DNA of 64,000 nt from an uncultured bacterium (GTDB taxonomy: Bacteria > Myxococcota_A > UBA9042 > PHBI01). This document shows positions 9,970 to 19,160 of this stretch, in pieces; within the stretch, counting starts at the first letter, position 1; each line of letters begins with the position of its first letter. The translations under genes were made by a program, and so were the position numbers. The stretch spans positions 13,513-77,512 of the forward strand of contig CALHXW010000039.1 of assembly GCA_938040325.1 (NCBI GenBank). The letters run 5' to 3'. The notes below the pieces were generated by a model. That model was not told the origin of the DNA, made no database searches, and was given only the letters and a program-made list of their open reading frames with translations.

Positions 9970-12858
9970 ATGAGAGGACCCAAGCTGATGTTGAGCAACA
10001 CGATTGAGCGCGGCGTCATGCGTTGTGTGAGAGGGCTTCTGTTGGTGGGCTTGGTGGCGTGGGTCTCCTCGACCGCGTCGGCTGGCGACCTGCGGCACGC
10101 AGCACTCATCGACGAGGTGGTCGATGGCGCTGCAAGCACGTCGATCGGGACCGAAGTCGCCATCATCAACGCGCTCAAGAAACGAGGCATCACGTTCGTC
10201 GACGCAAGCCAAAGTCAGAAGGTTCGCTCGGTCACCGATGCTGGCACGCTGATCGCTGGCACCGTGCCCGACGTGGTCACGGCCCTCGATGCCGATGTCC
10301 TGATCGCTGCGGTCTGCCGCATGGAACAGATCAAAAACGAGCTGATCGCTGGAACGGCCGTGCGGTACAGCGCTGCGGTCGACGCAAAGCTCATTCGCGT
10401 CGACACCGGCCAGGTCGTCGGTGCCTACCAAGTGCTCGGCAAAGGTCTCGGCTTTTCGAAGGCGCAGGCACAGCAGAAAGCGGCACAGGACGCCGGCAAG
10501 AAGCTGGCCGAGGAGATTGCCGCTGCGTCGAGCGGCGCCGCGGTGGACGCTTCAAGCCTCGAGCTCACGGTCCAAGGGATTCCCAACGTCAGTGCTGGTG
10601 AGGCCGTTGTCCGCGGGCTTGAGCGGGTCAAGGGGATCAAAGGTGTGCGCGCACTCCAGATGGGGCGCGGTGCCGCCAAGCTTCGGCTCACGGTGTCGGC
10701 AGGCGCGCGGGAAACCGCCGTGGCGATCGACGGTGCGAGCGGCCTCGGCTTGAGCGTCTTCGGATACTCGCGCTCGGCCATCAAGGCCGAGTACCGCGCC
10801 GAGACTGCGACGCGCTTCCCCATCGTCATCACGCGATTCTCGGGCGGCCGAAAAGCCGGCTGGCGCGGTGACGCCATGGGCAAGATTGTGGGTGCGTCAC
10901 TGAGCAACACGGGCTTCGTAGATATCGTCAACAGCGACAAGCCCGCCCGGCTTGGCCGCAAGAAATCTCGGCTCAAGAAGGTGCTCAAAGGGCTGAAGAC
11001 CGACGCAACCAACGCGCTTGTGCTTGAGGGGGCTCTCCACCGCGGCGGCGGCAAGGAAAGCGTCGTGATCTCGCTGTCGTCTGCGGCCACCGGCGCCGTC
11101 ATCGCGACCGCTCAGCGGCCGTGTACAGGCGAGCTGGCGAGCTGCGTTGCGGCTGCCGGCGATGAGCTGAGCGATGGCCTGATGGGCAACTTGCTCAAGA
11201 AGCGACACCTCTTCAAGGACGCGCTTCCTGCCCGGGCGCAAGTCGCTTCCAAAGCCAGCGGCAGCGACGCGAAGCCGCTGCGCGTGCTCTCGCTTGACGT
11301 CGACAACGTTTACCCAGCCCGCTTGAACGCCTACCGCGACCAGCCGCTTGGAATGATCAACGTGGTCAACACCTCGTCGGAGCCCCTCCAGGACGTGGTC
11401 GTGGAGGCGAAGCTCGCTGGCTTTGCTGCACCGGTCGAGAGCAAATCAACGCAGATCGCGGCCAAGGGCAAAGCGACGCTTCCCATCAAGGTGGTGCTCG
11501 ACCCTGCAACACTCCGCGACCATGACGAGAACCAGACCGCCATCCTGACGCTGGTCATTCGGTACCGGGTCGGCGAGTTCCAAGTGGAGCAGCGTCGCAC
11601 CCGCGCCGTCATGGTCTTTGACCGCAACACCGTCAACTGGAGCACCCCAGGCTCCGTTGCATCGTTTGTGACGTCGCGCTCGTCGAGCGTTGCGCGACTC
11701 TCGCGCGATATCCAAGGCGCACTGCCCCCGTCTGCGGCCAGCGACCCTGTGGCGCTCGGCGCGGCCGTCTTCGCCGGGATGCAGGAGCTGGGGCTGCGCT
11801 ACCAGCGCGATCCGGTCAACCCCTACGGTGCAGAGGTGCTCGACACGGTCCAGTTCCCCGAGCAAACCCTGACCAACAACACGGGAGACTGCGACGACCT
11901 GGCCGTCTTGTACGCCTCGCTCGCAGAGTCGCTTGGGGTTCCCGCCGCGCTGGTCCTCACACCGGAGCACGTCTTCGTCGCGACCTACACCGGCGTTCCC
12001 AGCCAGTCCGGTGACCGGCTGCTCAACCACCGGGGCATGGCCTGGCTGCCGCTGGAGACCACCTTGTTGAACAAGTCTGTTGACGCCGCATGGGACCGTG
12101 CCGCTGAGCAGGTTGCAGCCCATGGCGACGCGCTGCGGGTCATCGAGGTTCGCAGCGCTTGGTCGGAACATCCACCCGCGGCGCTGGCGGCCGCTGGTGC
12201 CAATGGCTTCCGCTACGATGCCAAGGCGCTGCGCGGGTCGGTCTCCGCTGCGGTGAAGTCGATCGGCGCAAAGCGACGGGGGCGTCTATCCGATGACGTT
12301 GCGCGCATTGATGCGCTCCTCAAAGACCAAGGCGACAAGCCGCAGCTGCGACTCCAGAAAGGCTACCTCTTAGCGCGTGCCGGCGACTTCGCTGCGGCCC
12401 AAGCGGAGTTTGATCGCCTGACCAACGCCCGCGCCTGGTCGGCGTTCGCCGTCAACAACAACGGCAACGTTCACCTCCTCGACGGTCGGCCAGCAGTTGC
12501 GCGTAAGCAATACTTGGCTGCGCTCAAGCTCCGACAAGGCGACGCTCGGATCCATGCCAATGCCGCGATCGCGTCGCACTTGCTTGGTGATGCCTCAGCA
12601 TTCGATGACCACCTCTTTGAGTGCATCGCCAACGGCGGCGACGCGCTCGTCGCCCAGATCAGCCGCAGCGGCCTCGGTGGCGCGGGCGCACGCGGTTCCG
12701 CGGCTGGCAGGTCCTCGCTTGGACAAGCGATTCGTGACGCGTACAAGCGTCGGAATGTATCGTTACCCAACGGGTTAGCAGTGGGAGGGCGGCGCGCGAC
12801 GTCCGCCGAGTCCACCGTGACGCTGGCTGCCGAGCAGCTCCAATGGTTGTGGGAATGA
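9970..12858 (+). CDS. Large secreted protein: N-terminal periplasmic domain, central transglutaminase-like cysteine-protease core, C-terminal TPR repeats
   Basis: Signal peptide (LLLVGLVAWVSSTASA). Transglutaminase-like core reads NNTGDCDDLAVLYASLAESLGVPAALVLTPEHVFVA (Cys...His). TPR-like helical repeats at the C-terminus (LLARAGDFAAAQAEFDRL...). High GC3. SD plus ATG start. Confidence 0.75.
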   Translation: MRGPKLMLSNTIERGVMRCVRGLLLVGLVAWVSSTASAGDLRHAALIDEVVDGAASTSIGTEVAIINALKKRGITFVDASQSQKVRSVTDAGTLIAGTVPDVVTALDADVLIAAVCRMEQIKNELIAGTAVRYSAAVDAKLIRVDTGQVVGAYQVLGKGLGFSKAQAQQKAAQDAGKKLAEEIAAASSGAAVDASSLELTVQGIPNVSAGEAVVRGLERVKGIKGVRALQMGRGAAKLRLTVSAGARETAVAIDGASGLGLSVFGYSRSAIKAEYRAETATRFPIVITRFSGGRKAGWRGDAMGKIVGASLSNTGFVDIVNSDKPARLGRKKSRLKKVLKGLKTDATNALVLEGALHRGGGKESVVISLSSAATGAVIATAQRPCTGELASCVAAAGDELSDGLMGNLLKKRHLFKDALPARAQVASKASGSDAKPLRVLSLDVDNVYPARLNAYRDQPLGMINVVNTSSEPLQDVVVEAKLAGFAAPVESKSTQIAAKGKATLPIKVVLDPATLRDHDENQTAILTLVIRYRVGEFQVEQRRTRAVMVFDRNTVNWSTPGSVASFVTSRSSSVARLSRDIQGALPPSAASDPVALGAAVFAGMQELGLRYQRDPVNPYGAEVLDTVQFPEQTLTNNTGDCDDLAVLYASLAESLGVPAALVLTPEHVFVATYTGVPSQSGDRLLNHRGMAWLPLETTLLNKSVDAAWDRAAEQVAAHGDALRVIEVRSAWSEHPPAALAAAGANGFRYDAKALRGSVSAAVKSIGAKRRGRLSDDVARIDALLKDQGDKPQLRLQKGYLLARAGDFAAAQAEFDRLTNARAWSAFAVNNNGNVHLLDGRPAVARKQYLAALKLRQGDARIHANAAIASHLLGDASAFDDHLFECIANGGDALVAQISRSGLGGAGARGSAAGRSSLGQAIRDAYKRRNVSLPNGLAVGGRRATSAESTVTLAAEQLQWLWE

Positions 12859-13490
12859 AAAGATCAATGCAAAGCCAGACCTCGGCGCGATGGCCCTCGG
12901 GCCTCCGCGCAGTCCTTCTCATGACGGCGCTCGCGCTTGTGACGCCGACTGGCTTTGCTGCGGAACCAGATGAGGCTCCCGGTGGCCTCAAGGTCGGCGA
13001 CTTTGCGCCTCAGTTTCTGATGAAGACGCTCAACCCCAAAGAGAGTGGGGTGGAGATGTTTTCCACCAAGCGCGTCGTGGGCAGTCAGGCCGACCAGCCA
13101 AAGGCGGGTCTGGTCGTGACGTTCGCTGCGTCGTGGTGCAAGCCATGCAAGCGCGAGCTCCCAGAGATCAAAAAGCTCGCCGATCGCTACGCCGACAAAG
13201 GAATTGCCACGGTTGTCGTCGTTGTCGACCGTGAGCCGGCAGCCACCGAGACCATGCGATCCCTGCTTGTCGACGAGCTCAAGTTCAGCCATCCGGTTCT
13301 CACCGATCGGTTCGGGGTTGTCGGACGTCGATACTTCGCCGAAGAGCTGCCGATGACGGTCGTCGTCGATGCCGATGCAAAGATTGTCTGGCTTCGCTCC
13401 GGATACGATGAAAAGACGGCTCGTGACCTTGAGCGCGAGCTGAAAGAGCTCGCCAAGAAGGCCGCAAACAGGCCATCCAAGGGCAAGTAG
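12855..13490 (+). CDS. TlpA-like thiol:disulfide oxidoreductase (thioredoxin fold, WCKPC), secreted
   Basis: Signal peptide, then FAASWCKPCKRELPEI. The ATG at 12855 overlaps the upstream stop (ATGA), implying translational coupling with the 9970 gene. Confidence 0.85.
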   Translation: MKRSMQSQTSARWPSGLRAVLLMTALALVTPTGFAAEPDEAPGGLKVGDFAPQFLMKTLNPKESGVEMFSTKRVVGSQADQPKAGLVVTFAASWCKPCKRELPEIKKLADRYADKGIATVVVVVDREPAATETMRSLLVDELKFSHPVLTDRFGVVGRRYFAEELPMTVVVDADAKIVWLRSGYDEKTARDLERELKELAKKAANRPSKGK

Positions 13491-13564
13491 TTCCGCGACG
13501 CGGAAAGCCTCGCTGCCAGCGTTGCCAGGAACGTGCATGCCGGACTTCGACAGCAGCTGCGTCC

Positions 13565-15589
13565 CTAGCGGCGGAACGAGTACGTTAGCGTGCCTCGAGA
13601 GCCCGACTTCAGCGCTGGCAGTCCAGCGCGTGACAGCAGCTGCTTGGCGCACGCGTCAAAGGCTGCGTCTTTGGGGCGTGACCCAATGCGAGTGACCGCG
13701 CCGTCCGACTTGACGAGCGCATGCGCCTGGAGGTCCTTTCCGGCCTTGCCCAAGCTGCTCTTGCGGTAGCAGCTCTTAAGCCTGACGCCGAAGCTCTTGG
13801 CAGCTTGCTTTCCGCGGCTGCTGAAGTCAGCGCTCGCCCGGACCGACACCCGGCTCGACGACGTCTTTCGCTTCACCGTCTTTGGAGCGGTGGTGGGGGG
13901 CCTGGTCGCTGCAGCCGCGCTTGGGGACGCACCGACAACCACCGGCGCCCTGATGGTGCTTGGGGCGCCGACCGGCGCCTTGACGGTACTTGGGGCCACG
14001 TCCGGCGCGGTGCTTGCGGTGACAACCGGCGACTCGATGACGCGCGCGCTCGTGGCGGGAGGTTCATCGGTCCCTGTCGCGCTGGTGCGCGCGCTCGGGG
14101 CTTCAGGGGCGGCGAGCTTGGCGGTGTCTGACGTCTTGCCGGTGGCCACCCGGATATCGCTGGAAGTTGCGGTGCCTGCCTTTATCGGTGGGCTCTTCGC
14201 GTCTTCGACGCCAAGCGGCCCCGCGTCTGGTTGGAGCGTGCTGGCTTCCCCCTGGGGTTGGGGGGTCGTGGCTGCCATATCCGGCGTTGAAGACCCGTCG
14301 TCGCCGGTCAAGGTCTCCACGAGCAGGTAGCTACCGAGGAGCACGGAGGCCGCAACAAAGAGCCACCGAAGCATGCTCGACCGCGACCGCTGTGGTGGCG
14401 TGCTGCCGAGCGTCTTGGCCGTCTCAGTCACGGGTGCCGCGCGGCCAATGCTGGGAGCCGCGACCTGATGCGTGGTGTGGCTCTGCGGCGCCGTCGAGGG
14501 CACGGCCGCTGGGTCCAAGGTGTCTTCTCCGCCAGGCCGCGACGCTGGTCGACCGGGCTGTGTCGCAGGCGAACCAGGGACCGTCACGTCGCCCGCCGTG
14601 TCGATACCAGCTGGGCTGCGGCGGTAGGACGCTGGATCGTTGTCGGTGAGCGTCAGCGCTTCGAGTGCAAGGTAGAGCTCATCGGTCGAGGCATAGCGGG
14701 CGTCTGGCGCCTTCGCCAAGCACCGGGTGATGACGGCGCCGAGCGCACGCGAGCTAGGCGTATCGGCGATGACCTCGGAGAGCACTGGCGGTTTGGCCGA
14801 CAGGTGCTTGAACATCAGCGCGACCTTCGTCTCAGCATCGAAGGGCAGGCGGTCAGCGGCAATATCGAAGAGCGTGCAGCCGAGCGAGTAGATGTCGGCC
14901 GCCGGACCTACGGCTTTGCCGTCGATCTGCTCGGGGCTCATGTAGGCAATGCTTCCCACTGCGGCGTTGGTTGCCGTCAGCCGGGTTGAGCCGTCGTCGA
15001 CAAGCTTGACGATGCCGAAGTCGAGGACCTTGGTGTGTAGAGCGCCCGTGGTCTCACGCTCCAACATCAGGTTGGAGGGCTTCAGGTCTCGGTGAACCAG
15101 CCCTGCGCGGTGAGCCTCGCTCAGAGACTTGCAGACGTGCATACCCACGGTGCGCACGGTGGTCAGCGGCAGCGGTCCCTTTGTCGAGACCATCTCGTCG
15201 AGCGCGGTGCCGTCGAGGAGCTCCATCACAAGGTAGAGAGCGCCATCACTGAGCTCACCGAAGTCAAAGACCGTGACCGTGTGCGGGCTCTTAAGAGCCG
15301 CAGTCGCGCGGGCTTCACGAATGAATCGCTTGCGGAGCATGGCGTCGCGTGCGGCGCCGGGCATCAACGTCTTAAGCGCGACGTTGCGGCCCATGGCCAG
15401 CTGGTACGCACGGTAGACAACGCCCATCCCGCCGTGGCCGATGACGGTGGTGAGCAGGTACCGGTCGCTGACGATGGTGCCGATCCTCGGGTCGCCCACG
15501 CCGAGCACCAGCAGCTCGGACTCGTCTTCGGTGCAGACGAACTCGCTGCCTTCGTAGCGACGCAGACACTGAGGGCAGACGCTCGTCAT
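13565..15589 (-). CDS. Transmembrane Ser/Thr protein kinase: N-terminal zinc-ribbon-like CxxC..C, Pro/Thr/Ala-rich linker, TM, extracytoplasmic C-terminal domain
   Basis: GHGGMGVVY, VALK, HRDLKPSNLML, DFGIVK, SPEQ. Hydrophobic TM segment WLFVAASVLLGSYLLV. C-terminal ~80 aa have two conserved Cys and resemble the C-terminus of the 18441 lipoprotein. Confidence 0.9.
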   Translation of the reverse strand: MTSVCPQCLRRYEGSEFVCTEDESELLVLGVGDPRIGTIVSDRYLLTTVIGHGGMGVVYRAYQLAMGRNVALKTLMPGAARDAMLRKRFIREARATAALKSPHTVTVFDFGELSDGALYLVMELLDGTALDEMVSTKGPLPLTTVRTVGMHVCKSLSEAHRAGLVHRDLKPSNLMLERETTGALHTKVLDFGIVKLVDDGSTRLTATNAAVGSIAYMSPEQIDGKAVGPAADIYSLGCTLFDIAADRLPFDAETKVALMFKHLSAKPPVLSEVIADTPSSRALGAVITRCLAKAPDARYASTDELYLALEALTLTDNDPASYRRSPAGIDTAGDVTVPGSPATQPGRPASRPGGEDTLDPAAVPSTAPQSHTTHQVAAPSIGRAAPVTETAKTLGSTPPQRSRSSMLRWLFVAASVLLGSYLLVETLTGDDGSSTPDMAATTPQPQGEASTLQPDAGPLGVEDAKSPPIKAGTATSSDIRVATGKTSDTAKLAAPEAPSARTSATGTDEPPATSARVIESPVVTASTAPDVAPSTVKAPVGAPSTIRAPVVVGASPSAAAATRPPTTAPKTVKRKTSSSRVSVRASADFSSRGKQAAKSFGVRLKSCYRKSSLGKAGKDLQAHALVKSDGAVTRIGSRPKDAAFDACAKQLLSRAGLPALKSGSRGTLTYSFRR

Positions 15590-15604
15590 CGGGGAACTCC
15601 CGAG

Positions 15605-16909
15605 CTACCGCCGTGGCATGACGGAGCTCGTTGCCGAAGGCCGCTGGATGTTGATGTTGATCTGGCCATCGTCGACCTCTTGGTTGGCCAAGATGAAGGC
15701 TGTGGCTGTGCCGGCGGCGACAACGCCACCGATAATCGCCCACGTCCACCATTCCTCGTACCACTCATTGGGCTGTTCGATCAGCTGCATCTGAAGCGGC
15801 GTCGTCTGGCCGTCGAGCACATAGGCTTCCTTGTACAGTGGGTAGTAACCGTCTGACGCGAGCGTCATTCCGTACTTACCCACGGGGAGGCTCTTCAGTG
15901 TCGTCGTCTCGGAGAACTCGCGCACGTTGTCTGCCATCGTGATCTGGCCGTCGCCGATGTTTGAGCGGACGCGGATGGAGCCTGTTCCGTCGAGCGGCCG
16001 GCCCAGTAGACGCCAGGTGGCGAACCTCAGCGTAAACGCTAGCTCGGCAGCGTCGGCTCGAACCGACTCCGAGACGCGGCTGGCAACCGTGGCGCGGTGA
16101 ACGTCCATGAGCTTGAGGGTCACCACGAACGAGTCGCCGAGCTTTCCGACGCTTCCGGTGACCAGGTAGTCGACCCCAAGGGCGCCGCCGATCTCGACGA
16201 GACACGATGTGTCGTCGTCGCAGCTGAGGGCGCTCTTCTCGGCTTGAAACCGAAGCATCGTCTTGATCTCTTCTCGGCTGATGACGCCAAGGCCCTCGAA
16301 CTTCTTGAGCTCAAGGGTGAGAAGCTCCGTCAGGTTCTGTGCGATCGCACCATCGACGCCATGGGGCTTCAGGTCGACGACCGCTGCTTTGGTCCCCTCG
16401 GGAGCGACCTTCAACACGAACTTTGGGGCACCCGAGCCGGCGTCACCCAGCAGGCGATCGGCTGCAGCCTTCACGCCGGCGATCAAGTCCTCGGTGTTGT
16501 CGGCCTCGGCGCCCTCAACGCCCACCACGAGCGCTCTGTCGGCGTCGGCGAGCTTCAGCGTCACCACGTAGGTCGAGCCCAGCTTGCCGAGGTGTCCGCT
16601 GACCACCTTGTTGGCTTCGATCATCGTCTGAAGGTTGGCGAGACACTTGGTGTCGCTCTCACAGCCGAGGACCTGCTTGTCTTGCTCGTGACCGAGCATC
16701 ACTTGGATCTCGGCTTCACCAAGCACGGTGATCTTGTCTTTGCGCCCAAGGTGCAAGAGTAGTGCGTCGTTGACCTGAGCGGCCGCGGCAGCAAGCTCGG
16801 AGGTCGACTTCAGTTTGTAGACAACCACGCGTGTGCGCTCAGCGGCGGAGGCTCCACCGGGGAGGGCAACAACAATGGCTAGGAGGGCGGCGAGTGTGAG
16901 GCGCAACAT
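15605..16909 (-). CDS. Secreted membrane-anchored protein with two tandem ~110-aa repeat domains (each with a CxxxxC pair), a PEGA domain and a C-terminal TM helix
   Basis: Signal peptide MLRLTLAALLAIVVALPGGASA. Internal repeat VTGxxGKLGxxxVVTLKLxDxxRAxVxxxV occurs twice. PEGA-like YGMTLASDGYYPLYKEAYV. 16 bp upstream of the kinase at 15589 on the same strand. Start set at ATG 16909 (the track ORF extends to 16990). Confidence 0.8.
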   Translation of the reverse strand: MLRLTLAALLAIVVALPGGASAAERTRVVVYKLKSTSELAAAAAQVNDALLLHLGRKDKITVLGEAEIQVMLGHEQDKQVLGCESDTKCLANLQTMIEANKVVSGHLGKLGSTYVVTLKLADADRALVVGVEGAEADNTEDLIAGVKAAADRLLGDAGSGAPKFVLKVAPEGTKAAVVDLKPHGVDGAIAQNLTELLTLELKKFEGLGVISREEIKTMLRFQAEKSALSCDDDTSCLVEIGGALGVDYLVTGSVGKLGDSFVVTLKLMDVHRATVASRVSESVRADAAELAFTLRFATWRLLGRPLDGTGSIRVRSNIGDGQITMADNVREFSETTTLKSLPVGKYGMTLASDGYYPLYKEAYVLDGQTTPLQMQLIEQPNEWYEEWWTWAIIGGVVAAGTATAFILANQEVDDGQININIQRPSATSSVMPRR

Positions 16910-16986
16910 GGTCGGAACCCTAACAGGTCTGACGTTTCTGGTCGCACGAAAGTGGCAGCCTTGAGGCTGACGAGCCTGGGCCCCGA

Positions 16987-17727
16987 TCACCGCTGGATTC
17001 GTTGGATGAGCACCGTGGCGCCCTCAGGGGCGGTGTTGACGACCGGACGGTTGCACGTCCCGTCGGTCCCCTTTGCGGATGCAGACCAGCCGTCTGTTGA
17101 GAGCTGGACCGGTGCGCTGGTCAGTACCGCGACGAGCCACTGACACTCCCCGTCCATCGGGGCTGGCGTGAGGCGGATCAGCTCCGAGCTGAGTACGCGG
17201 TTGGCCTCTTGAAGGTGAGGCGCGGTGGTCTCCGACAGGACGACAGCGTTGAGCGTCGACGCCCCGCCCGCGGCGACGGTCACCCGGCCGCTCTTGGCGT
17301 CCCATCCGACACGGGCGACGGCCGCTCCGCCCACGGCTGCACCCATGGTCGGCGCACGGTCCTCGCTGGCCTTTTCGGCGGACGGAATCAAGTACATGGC
17401 TCCGAGCGTGGCCATCGCGACGGCCGCGACAGCGTAAAGCCAACGCCGTGGAGCGCGCGGCGCGGCCGCTTGCTGCCGCCGGTCGCCGATACGAACGACA
17501 TTGCCAGCGTCCTGGTGCGAGAGCTCGCGCATCGCGGCCGCGAGGCTCGGGTCGGATGCGACCAGCGAGCGAGCCACCGCCAGCTCGTCATCGGCCGCGT
17601 CACCGTCGAGCATCCGCGCGACCGGCTCGAGCTTACCGTCGATGGGGGCTGCCTCATCTTGGCCGTTGTAGCGCTGAGTCAGCAATCGCGCGATGGGGTC
17701 GTTAGGGTCGACTTGCTCGTCAATCAT
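16987..17727 (-). CDS. Bitopic membrane protein with anti-sigma-factor-like topology (cytoplasmic N-domain, one TM, periplasmic C-domain)
   Basis: ATG at 17727 has a GGAGG Shine-Dalgarno 6 nt upstream. TM helix WLYAVAAVAMATLGAMYLI. The stop overlaps the start of the 15605-16909 gene. The track ORF extends to 18213 but that part overlaps the plus-strand gene at 17869 and is rejected. Confidence 0.65.
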   Translation of the reverse strand: MIDEQVDPNDPIARLLTQRYNGQDEAAPIDGKLEPVARMLDGDAADDELAVARSLVASDPSLAAAMRELSHQDAGNVVRIGDRRQQAAAPRAPRRWLYAVAAVAMATLGAMYLIPSAEKASEDRAPTMGAAVGGAAVARVGWDAKSGRVTVAAGGASTLNAVVLSETTAPHLQEANRVLSSELIRLTPAPMDGECQWLVAVLTSAPVQLSTDGWSASAKGTDGTCNRPVVNTAPEGATVLIQRIQR

Positions 17728-17868
17728 GGGTGCCTCCGAGGACGTGTCTCCGTAAGTGGGGACCCGGGCGCAGCGACAGGTAAACCGCGACGGCTGTTTT
17801 TTGTCCATGTCGCGTGCCATCGCGCGCGACAGTGGCATTGAGCGCGGCGATTGCGCTAAACGATCGGC

Positions 17869-18444
17869 ATGCTGCTTCCTCGACGCCTCGGCTGGCTTGC
17901 CACCTCTCTCTTTGTCGCTGTCATCGGCCTGTCGGGCCTCTGCGGGTTCTCGGATGCCATGGCTGGGCCGCCCGACAGCTACAAGACCCGCACGCTCCGG
18001 CTCAAGCACATGACCGCGGAGCGCGCCGTCGCTTTGCACGAGCGAGTCGTTGGGTCGCAGGGCGAGAGCTCTATCGTTGCGCGGCCAGACGGACGCTCGG
18101 TCATCGTCCATGACACCGCACCCCGGCTGCGACGCTTCCGGACGCTCCTCAGAGAGCTGGACGTTGCCGATGATGGCGGCGAGCGACGACTCTACGTGCG
18201 TCCAGTGCTTCACGTGACGCCCTCACGCTTGGCCGAGCTTGCGCTCGACGTGTTCGACCAACAAAAGGGTGCCGACGCGCTCAAGATCATTGCCGATGAC
18301 CGTGCCGGCGTGCTTGTGGTGAGCACGACATACCCGACGTACCTCAAGCTCGACCGGTTGCTGCGGCGACTCGACTCGAGCCCCTATCGCGGCCGCCGTG
18401 CGATCCGCGTCACTCCTGCGCCTCCCGGAGACGTCTTCCGATGA
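17869..18444 (+). CDS. Periplasmic protein with two secretin-N (GspD/PilQ N-domain-like) short domains
   Basis: N-terminal TM/signal segment. Two repeats fit the beta-alpha-beta-beta-alpha pattern of secretin N domains (YKTRTLRLKHMTAERAVALHERVVG...SIVARPDGRSVIVHDTAPRLRRFRTLLRELD, and LYVRPVLHVTPSRLAELALDVF...KIIADDRAGVLVVSTTYPTYLKLDRLLRRLD). Confidence 0.6.
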   Translation: MLLPRRLGWLATSLFVAVIGLSGLCGFSDAMAGPPDSYKTRTLRLKHMTAERAVALHERVVGSQGESSIVARPDGRSVIVHDTAPRLRRFRTLLRELDVADDGGERRLYVRPVLHVTPSRLAELALDVFDQQKGADALKIIADDRAGVLVVSTTYPTYLKLDRLLRRLDSSPYRGRRAIRVTPAPPGDVFR

Positions 18445-19100
18445 ACAGGTCCTCGCGCTTCGTCGCACTCCTTGCCCTGCTGCTCGCCGGTGGTTGCGGC
18501 CCAAGCCTTCAAACAGCCGAGCGCGGTCCGCGCATCGGTACCGCTAGCGATCCCGTGCTCGTTGCCGTCGTCGATGGCCGGGCTCCCCAGGGCATGCGGG
18601 CGGTAAGCCTTAGCGTGTGGGACGTCCACCCCTCAGACGCGCTGCCGGAGACGGCCCCCAGGGACGTTGTCGAGTCGATGCGCGCGGAGGCTGCCGAGCG
18701 AGGTGCGACTCACCTTCACGTCCAGCGAACAGAGTCACCATGGCGGAAAGCCTTCTATGGCCGTGGGCTCGCGCCACTGCCCGCCAACAACGTCAAGCCG
18801 GCGAGCGCTCAGTGTGAGGGCGGGGCGTTCACGGCCGGTCTGGCCGCAGCCAACAAACAAGCCGCTCGCTGCATCAAGGGCCTGCTCCAGGAGCGACCCG
18901 CGCTCAAAGGCAACGTCGAGGTGCTCTTTGAGGTCGATAGCTTCGGCCGGACCCTCTACGCGACACCAAGTGCCGGTTCAAGCCGAGACGGCCAGGTTCA
19001 GTCCTGCGCACTCGACGCACTCTTCGATGCCGACCTCGGCGAGCCGACAGCGCTGACGTGTCGCGGTCGGTTCTCGATGCCGTTTCCGATGGGGCACTAA
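18441..19100 (+). CDS. Lipoprotein (lipobox LLAGGC) with a conserved two-Cys C-terminal domain
   Basis: ATGA overlap with the previous gene. Signal peptide plus lipobox. C-terminus reads NVEVLFEVDSFGRTL...QSCALDALF. Confidence 0.7.
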   Translation: MNRSSRFVALLALLLAGGCGPSLQTAERGPRIGTASDPVLVAVVDGRAPQGMRAVSLSVWDVHPSDALPETAPRDVVESMRAEAAERGATHLHVQRTESPWRKAFYGRGLAPLPANNVKPASAQCEGGAFTAGLAAANKQAARCIKGLLQERPALKGNVEVLFEVDSFGRTLYATPSAGSSRDGQVQSCALDALFDADLGEPTALTCRGRFSMPFPMGH

Positions 19101-19160
19101 GCGCCGCTGCGATGGCCTACGGCGGCTGGCCAGCTGCTCTCTCGACGATGAGGTATCGCG

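Noticed and set aside
9358-10431. 357-aa minus-strand ORF spanning the sigma-54 promoter region and the 5' end of the 9970 gene
   Set aside because: Low-complexity translation. It overlaps a well-supported plus-strand gene (SD plus ATG plus signal peptide) and its promoter, and has no motif support.
17728-18213. N-terminal 162 residues of the track ORF 16987-18213
   Set aside because: It overlaps the plus-strand secretin-N-domain gene starting at 17869. An internal ATG at 17727 has a GGAGG Shine-Dalgarno and yields a sensible cytoplasmic / TM / periplasmic protein.
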